Positions 1 to 9,694 of a stretch of 45,532 nucleotides of DNA are shown in pieces. This stretch comes from a virus (Duplodnaviria > Caudoviricetes). The stretch's first letter is position 1, and every line of letters begins with the position of its first letter. Both the position numbers and the translations under genes were made by a program. The notes beneath the pieces were generated by a model. That model searched no databases, had not been told where the DNA came from, and saw only the letters and a program-made list of their open reading frames with translations. The stretch covers positions 1 through 45,532 of the IMG/VR virus record IMGVR_UViG_3300005805_000144; one strand, written 5' to 3'.

Positions 1-253
1 ATTACACAGTGAATAGAAATTACGAACTTAACTTTCAAAATTTCCAGTCTGAAATTGCCTTTCAACCAAATACAAACCTAAGAATAGGGTTAATTGGACA
101 ATACAATATAAAAGAAAATCTTGAACTCTATGGTGCTGAATCGGGAAGAACTATTCAACTCAGCATCAATGGCAAGTATAATGAATCCAAAAAAGGAAGC
201 TTTCTCATGGATTATAAAACCGTTATTAATTCATTTCTTGGAAATCCTAATAG
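1..253 (+). other. Probable non-phage fragment: internal part of a bacterial (Bacteroidota-like) beta-barrel-type protein gene, joined to the phage sequence
   Basis: A plus-strand frame is open from the left edge (YTVNRNYELNFQNFQSEIAFQPNTNLRIGLIGQYNIKEN...GKYNESKKGSFLMDYKTVINSFLGNPN) with alternating beta-strand character. After ~253 the same frame reads like antisense of the phage gene. The resemblance to a Bacteroidota family is from memory and unverified. Confidence 0.5.
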
Positions 254-3200
254 AACACTATCTTCTGGCAAATCATCAAAATTATTAAATCTACTATTGG
301 TAAATTTAAAAATTAAACCTGGAGGAGCCTCGATGGTTTCACTAACTGTGGTTGTGGTTGATATTACTGAAAATGTATCTCTATCTACTACAGAATTAAC
401 TTTATAAATCCCGTTTACTTCAGAATCAAATTGCTCAACACTGATAATCTCTTCGGCAGAAAAGCCATGAGGTTTGTCAGTTGTAAAGTTTAGCACGTTA
501 GAATTTAGAGAATCTAACTCTACTTTAATTAATTTTACTGCTGCTAATCTTTTTCTAAGAACAGTCCAATCATTAATTTTTGTATTTGCTAACCAAATTG
601 TTTGACCAGCTTTAATAACATCCGTGCTGGTAAATGCTAACAAAGCATTTTCATTGAAGGCATTAAATTCAACGTCGTCAAATCTAGCATAACCTGCATT
701 CTGTACAGAAAATACATCGTTATAGTCTGCGTCAGTTACTACAAAGGTTTGTGTTGTAGAATAATTTAAAGGTTTAGCTAGTAAATCTGTAGATTTAACA
801 GATATTCTTAAATTGGTAATTGTAGAAACTGTGTTAGTAAATTCTATAATTTGAGGATTGTCATAGAAAGACCCCTCTTGGACAGTGAATTCTATTTCTC
901 TGCGAGATGAATAAGAACCGTAGTATCCCATACGGAACGCCCATTCTTCATTGTAATCCAACTTTGCATTTAGAGTTTGTACAGTTGCCCTCTGTAACTT
1001 TGTTATAGAGTTTTTAGTGCCTTTTTCTTTAATAAATCCTTGATAGAACTTATACTGAGCAATTGGATCTGCAAAAATATTGTTGAGGTAAACTCTAGGA
1101 GTATAGCCTACAAGGTGCTGAGCGGCCTTTTGCTGACCTTCATCAAAGTTACTAATGTCTAAGCTATAAAAATCTTCAAACTGACTTATCTTATAATCAA
1201 AATTTGGTATGAGAGCGGCCACAGGCTTCTTGCCTAACAATCTCCAGTCATCAAAATTGAAAGACAGCGTGCCAACTATATTTTTATTGGCAGCATAATA
1301 ATTTCCGTTAAACTTTACAACATCCTCAAATTTATAATCTTTATACTGCTTCCAATCGCTGATAACTGCCGTATCGTATACAAACCCTGGACTAAAGTAA
1401 TCTCCGTTCCAATTACTGGTTCTAAAACCAGATACTTTCATTCTTTGTTGACGATAACCTGTATCTAGGTTTAATATTGAATCATTGAATATCGTTGTGT
1501 TATTGAAAACGATAGCGTGTTCTTTTTGTACAGAATACAGTCTTGCAAAATAAATTCCTCTATCAGCAGATATACATTTAATAGTACACTTACCTTCATC
1601 TCTTATCACATTTAGAAATTTCTGCGGCATTGCTAATCCGCTAGCTTCTAAAATGTTATATTCATAAAAACTATTAAAAATATTATCTACAACAGAATCA
1701 GTAAATTTAACTGTTAGCTCGTTTGCAAATGGACTAAGGGCAATAACACTGTTAGTTTGCCAATTTTGTGTTGTCCAGTATAAGAATTCTTTCGCTGTAA
1801 AATTCCAGTCTAAGGTAGATTGCAAGTCATTGTTAAATTCGTTAAATTCAAATCCTTGATCAATTAACCATTGCCCGTATCCTACAATGAGATCATAAAC
1901 TTCTTGGGTAGTGTTAAAAACTGTGCCATAGGGGACGATCACAGCAGAGTTTTTATCAAATATTTCTGCTGCCTGTACTGTGGTACCTCCTCTTATAGGA
2001 AGTTCTGGAACTCTTTGAAAATATTGAGATTCAAAATTAGCACCACTTCTGTGGCTCACAGTTGTTATATAAAAACTATTGTTATACTGTACATACTGTC
2101 CTTTTTGATAGAACACGCCAACAGGTGCTGTTGATGCGCTGGTCGTATCAGTGGTTGCTGCCTCTGACCCGCCTGTTTCGTTTCCTGCAGTCCATCTTAC
2201 AAATTTTTCTGCAACACCGCCTACAGTGATTGTGAATGTATCTTGGTTGCGAATAGGCGTATAGACTGTAAAGTAAGGATTTTGATCGTCTAATCCTTTA
2301 ATTAAAAATTTACTATCTTCCTTCTGTACCACAATGCCTGATATAGAAGTTTTACGAATAGGATTGCTGGTATTTAAAATTAGTTTGTAATCTTCAGGTT
2401 GCAACACAGACCCTGCGGCTGTGCTTAAAGGATCAAAGGCATCTATACTAATTTGGAACTGACTTTTATCAATAAAGCCGCCAACTTTATAAAACAAATT
2501 AATATCTGCGTTGGCTAAATCTTTGGATAGCTCAGTATTATAACTAAATGATCTCTGCCTGCCTGCCTCGCTTACAAACACACTGTAACCAGATGTAGCA
2601 TAATCGTCTACACCCTGTACAGGCATCTGTCGTAGGTCAAGTAAAATATTATCGGTACCATAAATCCACTGACCGGAAAGATTTTGTGTAAGTCTTATTG
2701 GATCATAAAATAAAGCTGCATAGGTTGCTGGCTTACACAAGGCCATTATTTTTTGTACCGCAAATGGCCAATAACTGCTCTTTCTCCATGCTGTTTCAGC
2801 TGGACTCCAATCGTTAAATTCCCAATTGGCCTGAACATTAGCAACGGTGAGATTGATTACAAATGTATCAGGATCTTTTAAATCACCGCTAGTGTCAACA
2901 GGAATAAAACTTGCTAGCTGACTTCTAGCATACACAGAATCAATGCCTTCTCTAGATCCTTGCCTAATACGACCAAGTCTTAGATCTGTCCACAACTTTG
3001 TATTTGTGCTTAGGTAAGGAGCTGCGCCGTATTCTTCTTGCCACCAACTGGGTTTATCAGTAAATCCTAACATTCTCCAAGGATACAAATCTGGTCTATC
3101 AGTATCGTAAAGATAGGTATAGAGCCATCTCCAAGATCCGTGAGTGAGAACATCTAACGGTTGGATATAACCGCCTTTGTAATTCCAAGTGTAAGAATTA

Positions 3201-5782
3201 TCGCTGTCGTAAGAGCTGTTGGTTTTCCAATCTACACCGTTATTGCTTATCCAGCGGAGGAAATCTCCTTGAATAATATTGTTAATGTCAGAGACTGAAA
3301 AATCAGTGCTTCTAAATGCACCAGGAATTAAAGATTGATAATCTAAAATATCTTTTCTATATTGACCTTTAATATTATTATAGATTCTTTTTTCTAATTC
3401 TAATATTATATCATCTCTGTAATCGCCAAATGCAACCGTAATGCTACCATCGTGTCCTTGTATTACATCTGTAGGCGTTACATAAGAATCGTCTTCAAAT
3501 AACATTGGTTCATACTTTGGATATAAACCTAGTTTAGATGGTGTTGATGGAATATAGCAACCCTTAGTATCACTATAGTCTTTGATTACTATACGATCGT
3601 TAAGGTACAAGCTAACATTAATTTTTACATAAAAGTCATTGATTAAAAATTCGTAATCCTTTCCGTAAACAAGTTGTTCGCCGTTCACATATACCAATAC
3701 ACTTCTAAAACTAATATCATCAAGATTATATTCGCTAGATATTGGATAGGTGTCTACCGTTGTATCATCTACGACATATACAATTTCCTTAAAATTATCT
3801 CCGTAGGCAACCATGTCTGACAAAAAGTAAGGAAAGGATTGATTTTTGCTTAGATTAATTGTCTTTAATGCCTCGTCAACTGCTCTTACAGGATCAGTTT
3901 GAATATCTAAATCAGTGATTTGCTTGATGAAAGAAAGTTTGAATAGATTATATTGATCACCGGCTTTTGTAACTGCATCAATGACATTGTGATCTTTCTT
4001 ACCAATAAACATTAATGCAAAAGACAATGGATTATCGCTAGTAATTAATCTTGTTTCGTTACTAGTGGTGCTGATGTGATCTATTATATCGCTACGTGTA
4101 AGACTAGCGATTGGACCATTGAACGGATTATTTGTTAACCCTAAAGGAAGATTATAAAATTCAGATGATGTAATTGCACTATAAGTTTTAGTAATTGGAT
4201 TGTTAATTACTACAGATTTCCAAGCATTAACGTAACTGCCGTCTTTCTTAATATAAGCAACCGATGACGAAATTTCTTTAGATGCATTTGCAGCATCTGA
4301 CAGTGTGATAGTTTCTGCTGTAAGATAATTTTTAAAGAGATAACTACCGACTCCCACACTGTTTCTATAATTAAGAGGAAATCCTAAAACTGGGTCGTTT
4401 GGTCCTGTGCCTACGTCATAACCAAAAACTTTGTTTCCTTTAAAATCTGAATTATAAAAATCTTGATCTGAATAACTATTTCCGTCTTTGTCAAACAGAT
4501 CAAATAGTGGAGGTTGATTCAGCTTGCTGTGCTGCTGTGAAAATTTCCAAGCAGTTCCGGTATACCACCAACTAGTTCCACCATAATTGGTACCATAATT
4601 TACATAGGTATTGTCCCCAACAACGGGTGTCTCAATTTCTACTAGTGTCAGTCTCTGTTCACCGTTTATAGTTACAAAATTAACTTCATAAATTTTGCTT
4701 CTTACTGTAAGATCGGTTTCAGCAGTAAAGATTATTCTATAACCTTGCTGCAATGCTACCCCGTCGGCATAGTGACCAGCTGATCCCTCAACAACACTAA
4801 ATGCGTCTGCGGTAACTGTATCAACTACGTCAATTGGGGATAGACCAATACTACCAAAATTATATAACTTAATATTAGCGTCGAACTCAATAATAGGTCT
4901 TTGAGCTCTTAACTTGCTAGGATAATAGGGTTGAACATCATTAATACTAGAGCTAGTTTCAATAACTTCTTTGTGTACCCATCTGTTATATCTTGTCCAA
5001 GGATTTAAATCGTTGCTGGATCTATTGATGGTAATGTAATCTGGCACTAGAGGCAGTTGCTTATAGCTGTCAAAAGGATATTCATCAAACAGAGACTGGT
5101 CGAAGCTATCATCATAGATATCTGCTATGTTTTCTGAAACTTTTAATACTGCGTCATCAACTAGCTTAATACTAGTTCCTACTCCTTCAACCCAATATAC
5201 TTTATTTTGATAGGAGACTGGTGATGCATTTCCAGTAAATCTTATCTTCATTCCGTTTAACAACGGCTGATTTAAAGTAGGAATGGTATAATTAGTCTGT
5301 CCAACTATAGATGTAGTTACTGTAACAGTATTCGCAATGTCTATTGTTGGAGGACCATTGACCAACCAATAATATTCTTGATACTTTTCAAATTTGTGAG
5401 TATCAATATGCGGGTCATAAGAATGATAATTTGTTCTAAAAAGTTTATCAAAGTTTTCAGTATTTCCGCCACTCAAGCTAATGTCGTTTATTAAATCGTT
5501 GATTCCGACAACATCGTTTACATTTCCTTCTTCATCTTTTACAATTAAAGACGGAGTTAGCTGATAGTTAGCTCTCAGGTCACTGTTTTCAGTTACATAA
5601 TTGTCACTGCTTTGATAACTTTTGACCTGAGTAGCTGTGGATGCTCCAATATAGGCATCCAATCTTTCTAATTCAGGTTTTTGTATTAATTGATCAAGAG
5701 TGCTGGCAAGGAATTTTGTATTTTTACCTGTCTGTAAAAACTCAGGCAAAAACTTAACACTTTTTATAATTTTTTCTGCCAT
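212..5782 (-). CDS. Very large virion/baseplate structural protein, probably truncated at its 3' end by the junction near 240-253
   Basis: 1856-aa ORF starting 2 nt after the gp6-like stop. It is aromatic/Asp/Asn-rich and has two short CBM5/12-like motifs (FYQKGQYVQYNNSFY; WKQYKDYKFEDVVKFNGNYY). Position fits a large wedge subunit; the exact T4 orthologue is not assignable. Confidence 0.7.
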   Translation of the reverse strand: MAEKIIKSVKFLPEFLQTGKNTKFLASTLDQLIQKPELERLDAYIGASTATQVKSYQSSDNYVTENSDLRANYQLTPSLIVKDEEGNVNDVVGINDLINDISLSGGNTENFDKLFRTNYHSYDPHIDTHKFEKYQEYYWLVNGPPTIDIANTVTVTTSIVGQTNYTIPTLNQPLLNGMKIRFTGNASPVSYQNKVYWVEGVGTSIKLVDDAVLKVSENIADIYDDSFDQSLFDEYPFDSYKQLPLVPDYITINRSSNDLNPWTRYNRWVHKEVIETSSSINDVQPYYPSKLRAQRPIIEFDANIKLYNFGSIGLSPIDVVDTVTADAFSVVEGSAGHYADGVALQQGYRIIFTAETDLTVRSKIYEVNFVTINGEQRLTLVEIETPVVGDNTYVNYGTNYGGTSWWYTGTAWKFSQQHSKLNQPPLFDLFDKDGNSYSDQDFYNSDFKGNKVFGYDVGTGPNDPVLGFPLNYRNSVGVGSYLFKNYLTAETITLSDAANASKEISSSVAYIKKDGSYVNAWKSVVINNPITKTYSAITSSEFYNLPLGLTNNPFNGPIASLTRSDIIDHISTTSNETRLITSDNPLSFALMFIGKKDHNVIDAVTKAGDQYNLFKLSFIKQITDLDIQTDPVRAVDEALKTINLSKNQSFPYFLSDMVAYGDNFKEIVYVVDDTTVDTYPISSEYNLDDISFRSVLVYVNGEQLVYGKDYEFLINDFYVKINVSLYLNDRIVIKDYSDTKGCYIPSTPSKLGLYPKYEPMLFEDDSYVTPTDVIQGHDGSITVAFGDYRDDIILELEKRIYNNIKGQYRKDILDYQSLIPGAFRSTDFSVSDINNIIQGDFLRWISNNGVDWKTNSSYDSDNSYTWNYKGGYIQPLDVLTHGSWRWLYTYLYDTDRPDLYPWRMLGFTDKPSWWQEEYGAAPYLSTNTKLWTDLRLGRIRQGSREGIDSVYARSQLASFIPVDTSGDLKDPDTFVINLTVANVQANWEFNDWSPAETAWRKSSYWPFAVQKIMALCKPATYAALFYDPIRLTQNLSGQWIYGTDNILLDLRQMPVQGVDDYATSGYSVFVSEAGRQRSFSYNTELSKDLANADINLFYKVGGFIDKSQFQISIDAFDPLSTAAGSVLQPEDYKLILNTSNPIRKTSISGIVVQKEDSKFLIKGLDDQNPYFTVYTPIRNQDTFTITVGGVAEKFVRWTAGNETGGSEAATTDTTSASTAPVGVFYQKGQYVQYNNSFYITTVSHRSGANFESQYFQRVPELPIRGGTTVQAAEIFDKNSAVIVPYGTVFNTTQEVYDLIVGYGQWLIDQGFEFNEFNNDLQSTLDWNFTAKEFLYWTTQNWQTNSVIALSPFANELTVKFTDSVVDNIFNSFYEYNILEASGLAMPQKFLNVIRDEGKCTIKCISADRGIYFARLYSVQKEHAIVFNNTTIFNDSILNLDTGYRQQRMKVSGFRTSNWNGDYFSPGFVYDTAVISDWKQYKDYKFEDVVKFNGNYYAANKNIVGTLSFNFDDWRLLGKKPVAALIPNFDYKISQFEDFYSLDISNFDEGQQKAAQHLVGYTPRVYLNNIFADPIAQYKFYQGFIKEKGTKNSITKLQRATVQTLNAKLDYNEEWAFRMGYYGSYSSRREIEFTVQEGSFYDNPQIIEFTNTVSTITNLRISVKSTDLLAKPLNYSTTQTFVVTDADYNDVFSVQNAGYARFDDVEFNAFNENALLAFTSTDVIKAGQTIWLANTKINDWTVLRKRLAAVKLIKVELDSLNSNVLNFTTDKPHGFSAEEIISVEQFDSEVNGIYKVNSVVDRDTFSVISTTTTVSETIEAPPGLIFKFTNSRFNNFDDLPEDSVLLGFPRNELITVL

Positions 5783-5784
5783 CT

Positions 5785-8700
5785 TTAGTTTCCAGAGCTA
5801 GTTATAATATTTTCTGATTGTAACTGGCTGGCAGTGACTGCATCAATAATGTCTATTTGAGACACTGTGGCTCCATTAATGAAGACCTCATTGCTTAGAC
5901 AGGTTACTTCATAGAGACTACCAAAATTGTTTGGATAATTTGGTACAATAATAAAATTAGTGATATCTGGCGTGAGTAAATTCATCACATAGGTAGATAA
6001 TTCACTAAAATAAAATGATTGACCAAAATTCCAATTTTGTAGTGCAAAGAAATTATTAATTGCTGTAAGAATTTTGCTTCTTAACGCACTATCACTTAAT
6101 AGGCTACTACTGTTTCTCACTGCTTTAAATCTAGCCCTTAATGTAGTTGGGGCTTTGTCACCAAACAAAATTTTATATCTTGCTGGTTGGAAAACTATTT
6201 CATCGCTAATTGTCTTAATAGCGTTAAGTTTAGATAGATACTGTTTTTCTAATGCTGAGGTCGTTGGTGGCAACGGCTCACTACCTACCCCGGTTGACAG
6301 CCAATATCTATAAGCAGTGTCGTAGGTTGCTGTCATTAGATAAACATCTATAATATTTGATTTGCTTGGGTCAATTCTTCTTTCTTCACCGCTGTTATGT
6401 ACATATTGAAATTTTATAGCATCTCTTCCGGGGTAAGCGAGATATGAAGAAGCTGTAGTATTATAAACAAATTCGTCTGTGTCTTCGTTGTAGATGTTAA
6501 CAACGTCGTCATTGTAAAAATAATAAAAATAACCGTCAAATTTAGCATCGGCCGGTACGTCTTCTGAAGATCCATAGTCTTTTATGAAGTCATCACTGGA
6601 AACTGGCTCTGTGGTTTCTCCATCTTCTTGTATTTGGAAGAATACATAGCTGCTTGTTGAAACTAGATTAGTGTACGCATCTGGATCTGATATTTCGCCG
6701 CTGTTGTCGCTGTCGTAGAAACTTATTTTAATCTTTGAAGGATTAACATAACCGTCGACTTCAACCACATTACCGTCAATCTGCCATAGGTAGTCTTTGT
6801 CTAATCCTATACTTGTAGAAGTGCTAATAGAATTTACAGACAGTACCTTAATTTGATCTTTTACAATGGTGTTTGTATAGTAGTCATAGTTAATGTTTGT
6901 TGGATCAGTGTAGAAAGCAGTTTCTTTAGCACTTTCAAACGTAAATTGTGCATATCTATATCGTACTTTATAACTAGATCCTTGCCATTCAAATGCTATT
7001 AACCAACTTGCATCGTTGTTAAGTCCAGAACCATCACCTTGATTTACAAGACTAAAATCGCTGGTTAAATCAAGATTGGTTTCGCTTATAAATGACCACT
7101 CTCTAGAAAGTGTATCAAACTTTAACCCAAAATTCTTCTGTGTCAGACAGACATTCACTATTTCATTTTCAAAAACGTATTTGAATGAATTTAAAAATTG
7201 TGGCAGAATTTCCACAGGTATTGCATCGCTATCCACTACCGTAGATAATACTATTGGTCCTGTACCATCTTCTAACAATCCTAAACCGGTGTTAGATCCG
7301 TCCCCAATAACGTTCTTGACCGCTGCCCACAGATACTGACTGCCGTTTGAACCTTTAGTAGCACTCAACGTTCCGTTGGGTTTAAAATATTTTTTGCTGG
7401 CATCATATCTTGCATCAGTGTTTGGCAGCATACCCGGTGGAATAAATTTGATTAAAGATCCAGGTTTAGCGTATTTCAATGAATTGGAAACAAATATACC
7501 TGTACTAACTGGTCCTTCGCTAGTTTCAAAGTAACCTGTGCAGGAAATGGCATTTGTGTTTGCCTTTACCCAAGTTAGTTCTAATGAGTTTAAATCAGGA
7601 CGAGGATATTGATCAATATAAAAAGAACGCAGGGACTGTAATTTTACAATCGACGCTAAAGTTGTTTTAACAAAAACCCAAATTTGATTTTTGTTTGCAA
7701 AACTAAAATCTGTTTGTGCTTCATCGAGATCTTTATACAGTATTCCGTCAGCAGCAAAGATATTAGTAGAACTGTACTTTCCACTAACATCAGATAGTTC
7801 AAAATATCTGCTAACTCCGCTAGTGACTCTTGCTACACTCTTAACTTTTAAAATATCGCTGCCTAAATTTAAAGGTGCAATATTGTAATCTTCTGCAGTA
7901 ACCATTCTATTTTGTGTATAGAAAGACTGAGGAGCTTTTAATTGAATGTCTGCGTTAGATTCTGTAGGAGTACTATTAGATACAGAATATTGCAAATTCA
8001 TCGTTAAAGTTAGAACGTGCTCTCTTCCTGCCTTATTTCTGTATGGAACTTTAATGATTACGCCGCCCATTTGCTGCGGTGTAATAACGTAATTTAAACC
8101 GTTACTCTGTCTGTAAAATAGACCAAACGTGCCTTGAGGTAAATTACCAAAACTGCCATCAGCAAAATTTAAATCAATCTGATCATTATCTCTAGTTGAA
8201 ACACTATAGATATTTCTGTCATTGGCATCTATGCTGTTATAGATTACACTGCTACCGGTGATAGCTGAAACTTTGTTCCATAGTGTAGAATAGTTGCCGC
8301 TAGAATCTAATTGCCATAACCATACATCAGAGTCGTTAATGTTTGAAATATTAATGCCAATTAATTCATTAGCTACGGGATTTTGAACTGTGAAATTTGA
8401 GAAACCTAGTTGTCCTTGTTTAAAATAAACAAAGAAACCTGTGTTGGGACTAGAATTACCTTGGTTGTCTGACTGATAAAGTAGATTAAAACTCTTGCCC
8501 GGCTTTGGTGTATCTTCTTGCACTGCATTATCTACAAAAGTAGAGGCTACAATTTCAAAATTCATTGCTGTGCCGTTGATATTTTTTGTGAAAGCAAATA
8601 CTGGCACATCGGTATTGGCCGAGTCAATCAGATATTTCTCTGTCACTATGCCAGAGATTGTTGCTCTGTCGTTAGGTATTCCAAAACTGAAGTTTGAAAA

Positions 8701-9192
8701 CAAAGCAGAATTGACTATTGAAATAAATTGTTCGTACCAGTTGTTATTGGTAGGATCATTCCACAACACTGTGCTGTTTGCAAGATTGTTGCCTGCACTA
8801 TCAAACACAGAATCCGTAGTAGATACAGCCGATAGCTTTAACATTCCTGTAGCAGCAGTATTTCTCTTTGGTACATAGCTTATTAGCTGTGCCAAACGAA
8901 GAATACTGTCTCTGCGTTGTGCTGTTTCTAAAAAGTTTTCTCTAGCATTAAGATCAATTCTAAAACTGAGGTTTTGTCCTAGGTAGGCAATTAGGTCTAC
9001 CAGTGCAACATACTCACTTGAATCGATGTAATCGTTAAAATCCTCAGGATAATTTTCCTGCAAATAGCTAATCAGTATTCGTCTGAGTGTGTCAAAGTCG
9101 TAGCTTTGAAACTCTGCATTTGGAAAAGATGCGTAGATCTTTTTCCAATCTTCTGTAACTAATAGCCTAGAATTTGTTGTTGGAATGGTCAT
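5785..9192 (-). CDS. gp6: Baseplate wedge subunit, T4 gp6-like
   Basis: N-terminal YDFDTLRRILISYLQENYPEDFNDY...LIAYLGQNLSFRIDLNARENFLETAQRRDSILRLAQLISYVPKR, then FADGSFGNLP and QNRMVTAEDY, the typical gp6/baseplate-J motifs. Adjacent to gp25. Confidence 0.9.
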   Translation of the reverse strand: MTIPTTNSRLLVTEDWKKIYASFPNAEFQSYDFDTLRRILISYLQENYPEDFNDYIDSSEYVALVDLIAYLGQNLSFRIDLNARENFLETAQRRDSILRLAQLISYVPKRNTAATGMLKLSAVSTTDSVFDSAGNNLANSTVLWNDPTNNNWYEQFISIVNSALFSNFSFGIPNDRATISGIVTEKYLIDSANTDVPVFAFTKNINGTAMNFEIVASTFVDNAVQEDTPKPGKSFNLLYQSDNQGNSSPNTGFFVYFKQGQLGFSNFTVQNPVANELIGINISNINDSDVWLWQLDSSGNYSTLWNKVSAITGSSVIYNSIDANDRNIYSVSTRDNDQIDLNFADGSFGNLPQGTFGLFYRQSNGLNYVITPQQMGGVIIKVPYRNKAGREHVLTLTMNLQYSVSNSTPTESNADIQLKAPQSFYTQNRMVTAEDYNIAPLNLGSDILKVKSVARVTSGVSRYFELSDVSGKYSSTNIFAADGILYKDLDEAQTDFSFANKNQIWVFVKTTLASIVKLQSLRSFYIDQYPRPDLNSLELTWVKANTNAISCTGYFETSEGPVSTGIFVSNSLKYAKPGSLIKFIPPGMLPNTDARYDASKKYFKPNGTLSATKGSNGSQYLWAAVKNVIGDGSNTGLGLLEDGTGPIVLSTVVDSDAIPVEILPQFLNSFKYVFENEIVNVCLTQKNFGLKFDTLSREWSFISETNLDLTSDFSLVNQGDGSGLNNDASWLIAFEWQGSSYKVRYRYAQFTFESAKETAFYTDPTNINYDYYTNTIVKDQIKVLSVNSISTSTSIGLDKDYLWQIDGNVVEVDGYVNPSKIKISFYDSDNSGEISDPDAYTNLVSTSSYVFFQIQEDGETTEPVSSDDFIKDYGSSEDVPADAKFDGYFYYFYNDDVVNIYNEDTDEFVYNTTASSYLAYPGRDAIKFQYVHNSGEERRIDPSKSNIIDVYLMTATYDTAYRYWLSTGVGSEPLPPTTSALEKQYLSKLNAIKTISDEIVFQPARYKILFGDKAPTTLRARFKAVRNSSSLLSDSALRSKILTAINNFFALQNWNFGQSFYFSELSTYVMNLLTPDITNFIIVPNYPNNFGSLYEVTCLSNEVFINGATVSQIDIIDAVTASQLQSENIITSSGN

Positions 9193-9207
9193 ATGTTGCG
9201 ATACCAG

Positions 9208-9215
9208 TATTTATT
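9208..9215 (-). promoter_or_regulatory. T4-type late promoter (AATAAATA) for gp6
   Basis: TATTTATT on the plus strand, 15 nt upstream of the gp6 ATG. Matches the gp55-dependent TATAAATA consensus at 7 of 8 positions. Confidence 0.7.
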
Positions 9216-9235
9216 GAAAAAATTAACCAGGTATT

Positions 9236-9676
9236 TTATACCGTAGCAATACCAATTTCTTGATTAAATTTAATTTTCATGCTTGCAGATTCATTGGTTG
9301 CTTTTAATACCAATGTCAATTCTAAAATGTATCCGTTACTGTATTCAGTTAGATCCATCTGCGTTGGAACTACCCTAGAATCTGCTGTGCATATTGCCTT
9401 TATATCTGCAACTAGTACGTCCCTAGTTTCAGCAGTCAAGGGCTCCATAAGTAAATCCCAGATTCTGCTACCAAAGTTTGGATTCATTACCCTAGTGCCT
9501 TTTCTAGTGTTAAAATGATTGAGAATATCTTGTTTAATTAAATCTAGGTCAAATAATTTCGCTGTAGGATTGTCTTCGTTGAGGCTTGAAAATCCTTTAT
9601 ACAGGTGTGATTGTTGAAGAACCGGCTCTTGGTATATTGCATTGGCACTGGTTACTGTAAGTGACTTATAAGGCAT
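9236..9676 (-). CDS. gp25: Baseplate wedge / sheath initiator, gp25-like
   Basis: LIKQDILNHFNTRKGTRVMNPNFGSRIWDLLMEP is the GPW/gp25 family signature; 146 aa; lies between gp5 and gp6. Confidence 0.92.
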   Translation of the reverse strand: MPYKSLTVTSANAIYQEPVLQQSHLYKGFSSLNEDNPTAKLFDLDLIKQDILNHFNTRKGTRVMNPNFGSRIWDLLMEPLTAETRDVLVADIKAICTADSRVVPTQMDLTEYSNGYILELTLVLKATNESASMKIKFNQEIGIATV

Positions 9677-9681
9677 AATGT

Positions 9682-9689
9682 TATTTATT
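9682..9689 (-). promoter_or_regulatory. Late promoter (AATAAATA) for gp25
   Basis: TATTTATT on the plus strand, only 5 nt from the gp25 ATG. Confidence 0.7.
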
Positions 9690-9694
9690 GGTGG

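Noticed and set aside
9-407. 132-aa plus-strand ORF as a real complete gene
   Set aside because: The frame is open past the left edge and its last ~50 codons are antisense to the phage gene; it looks like a hybrid across a junction.
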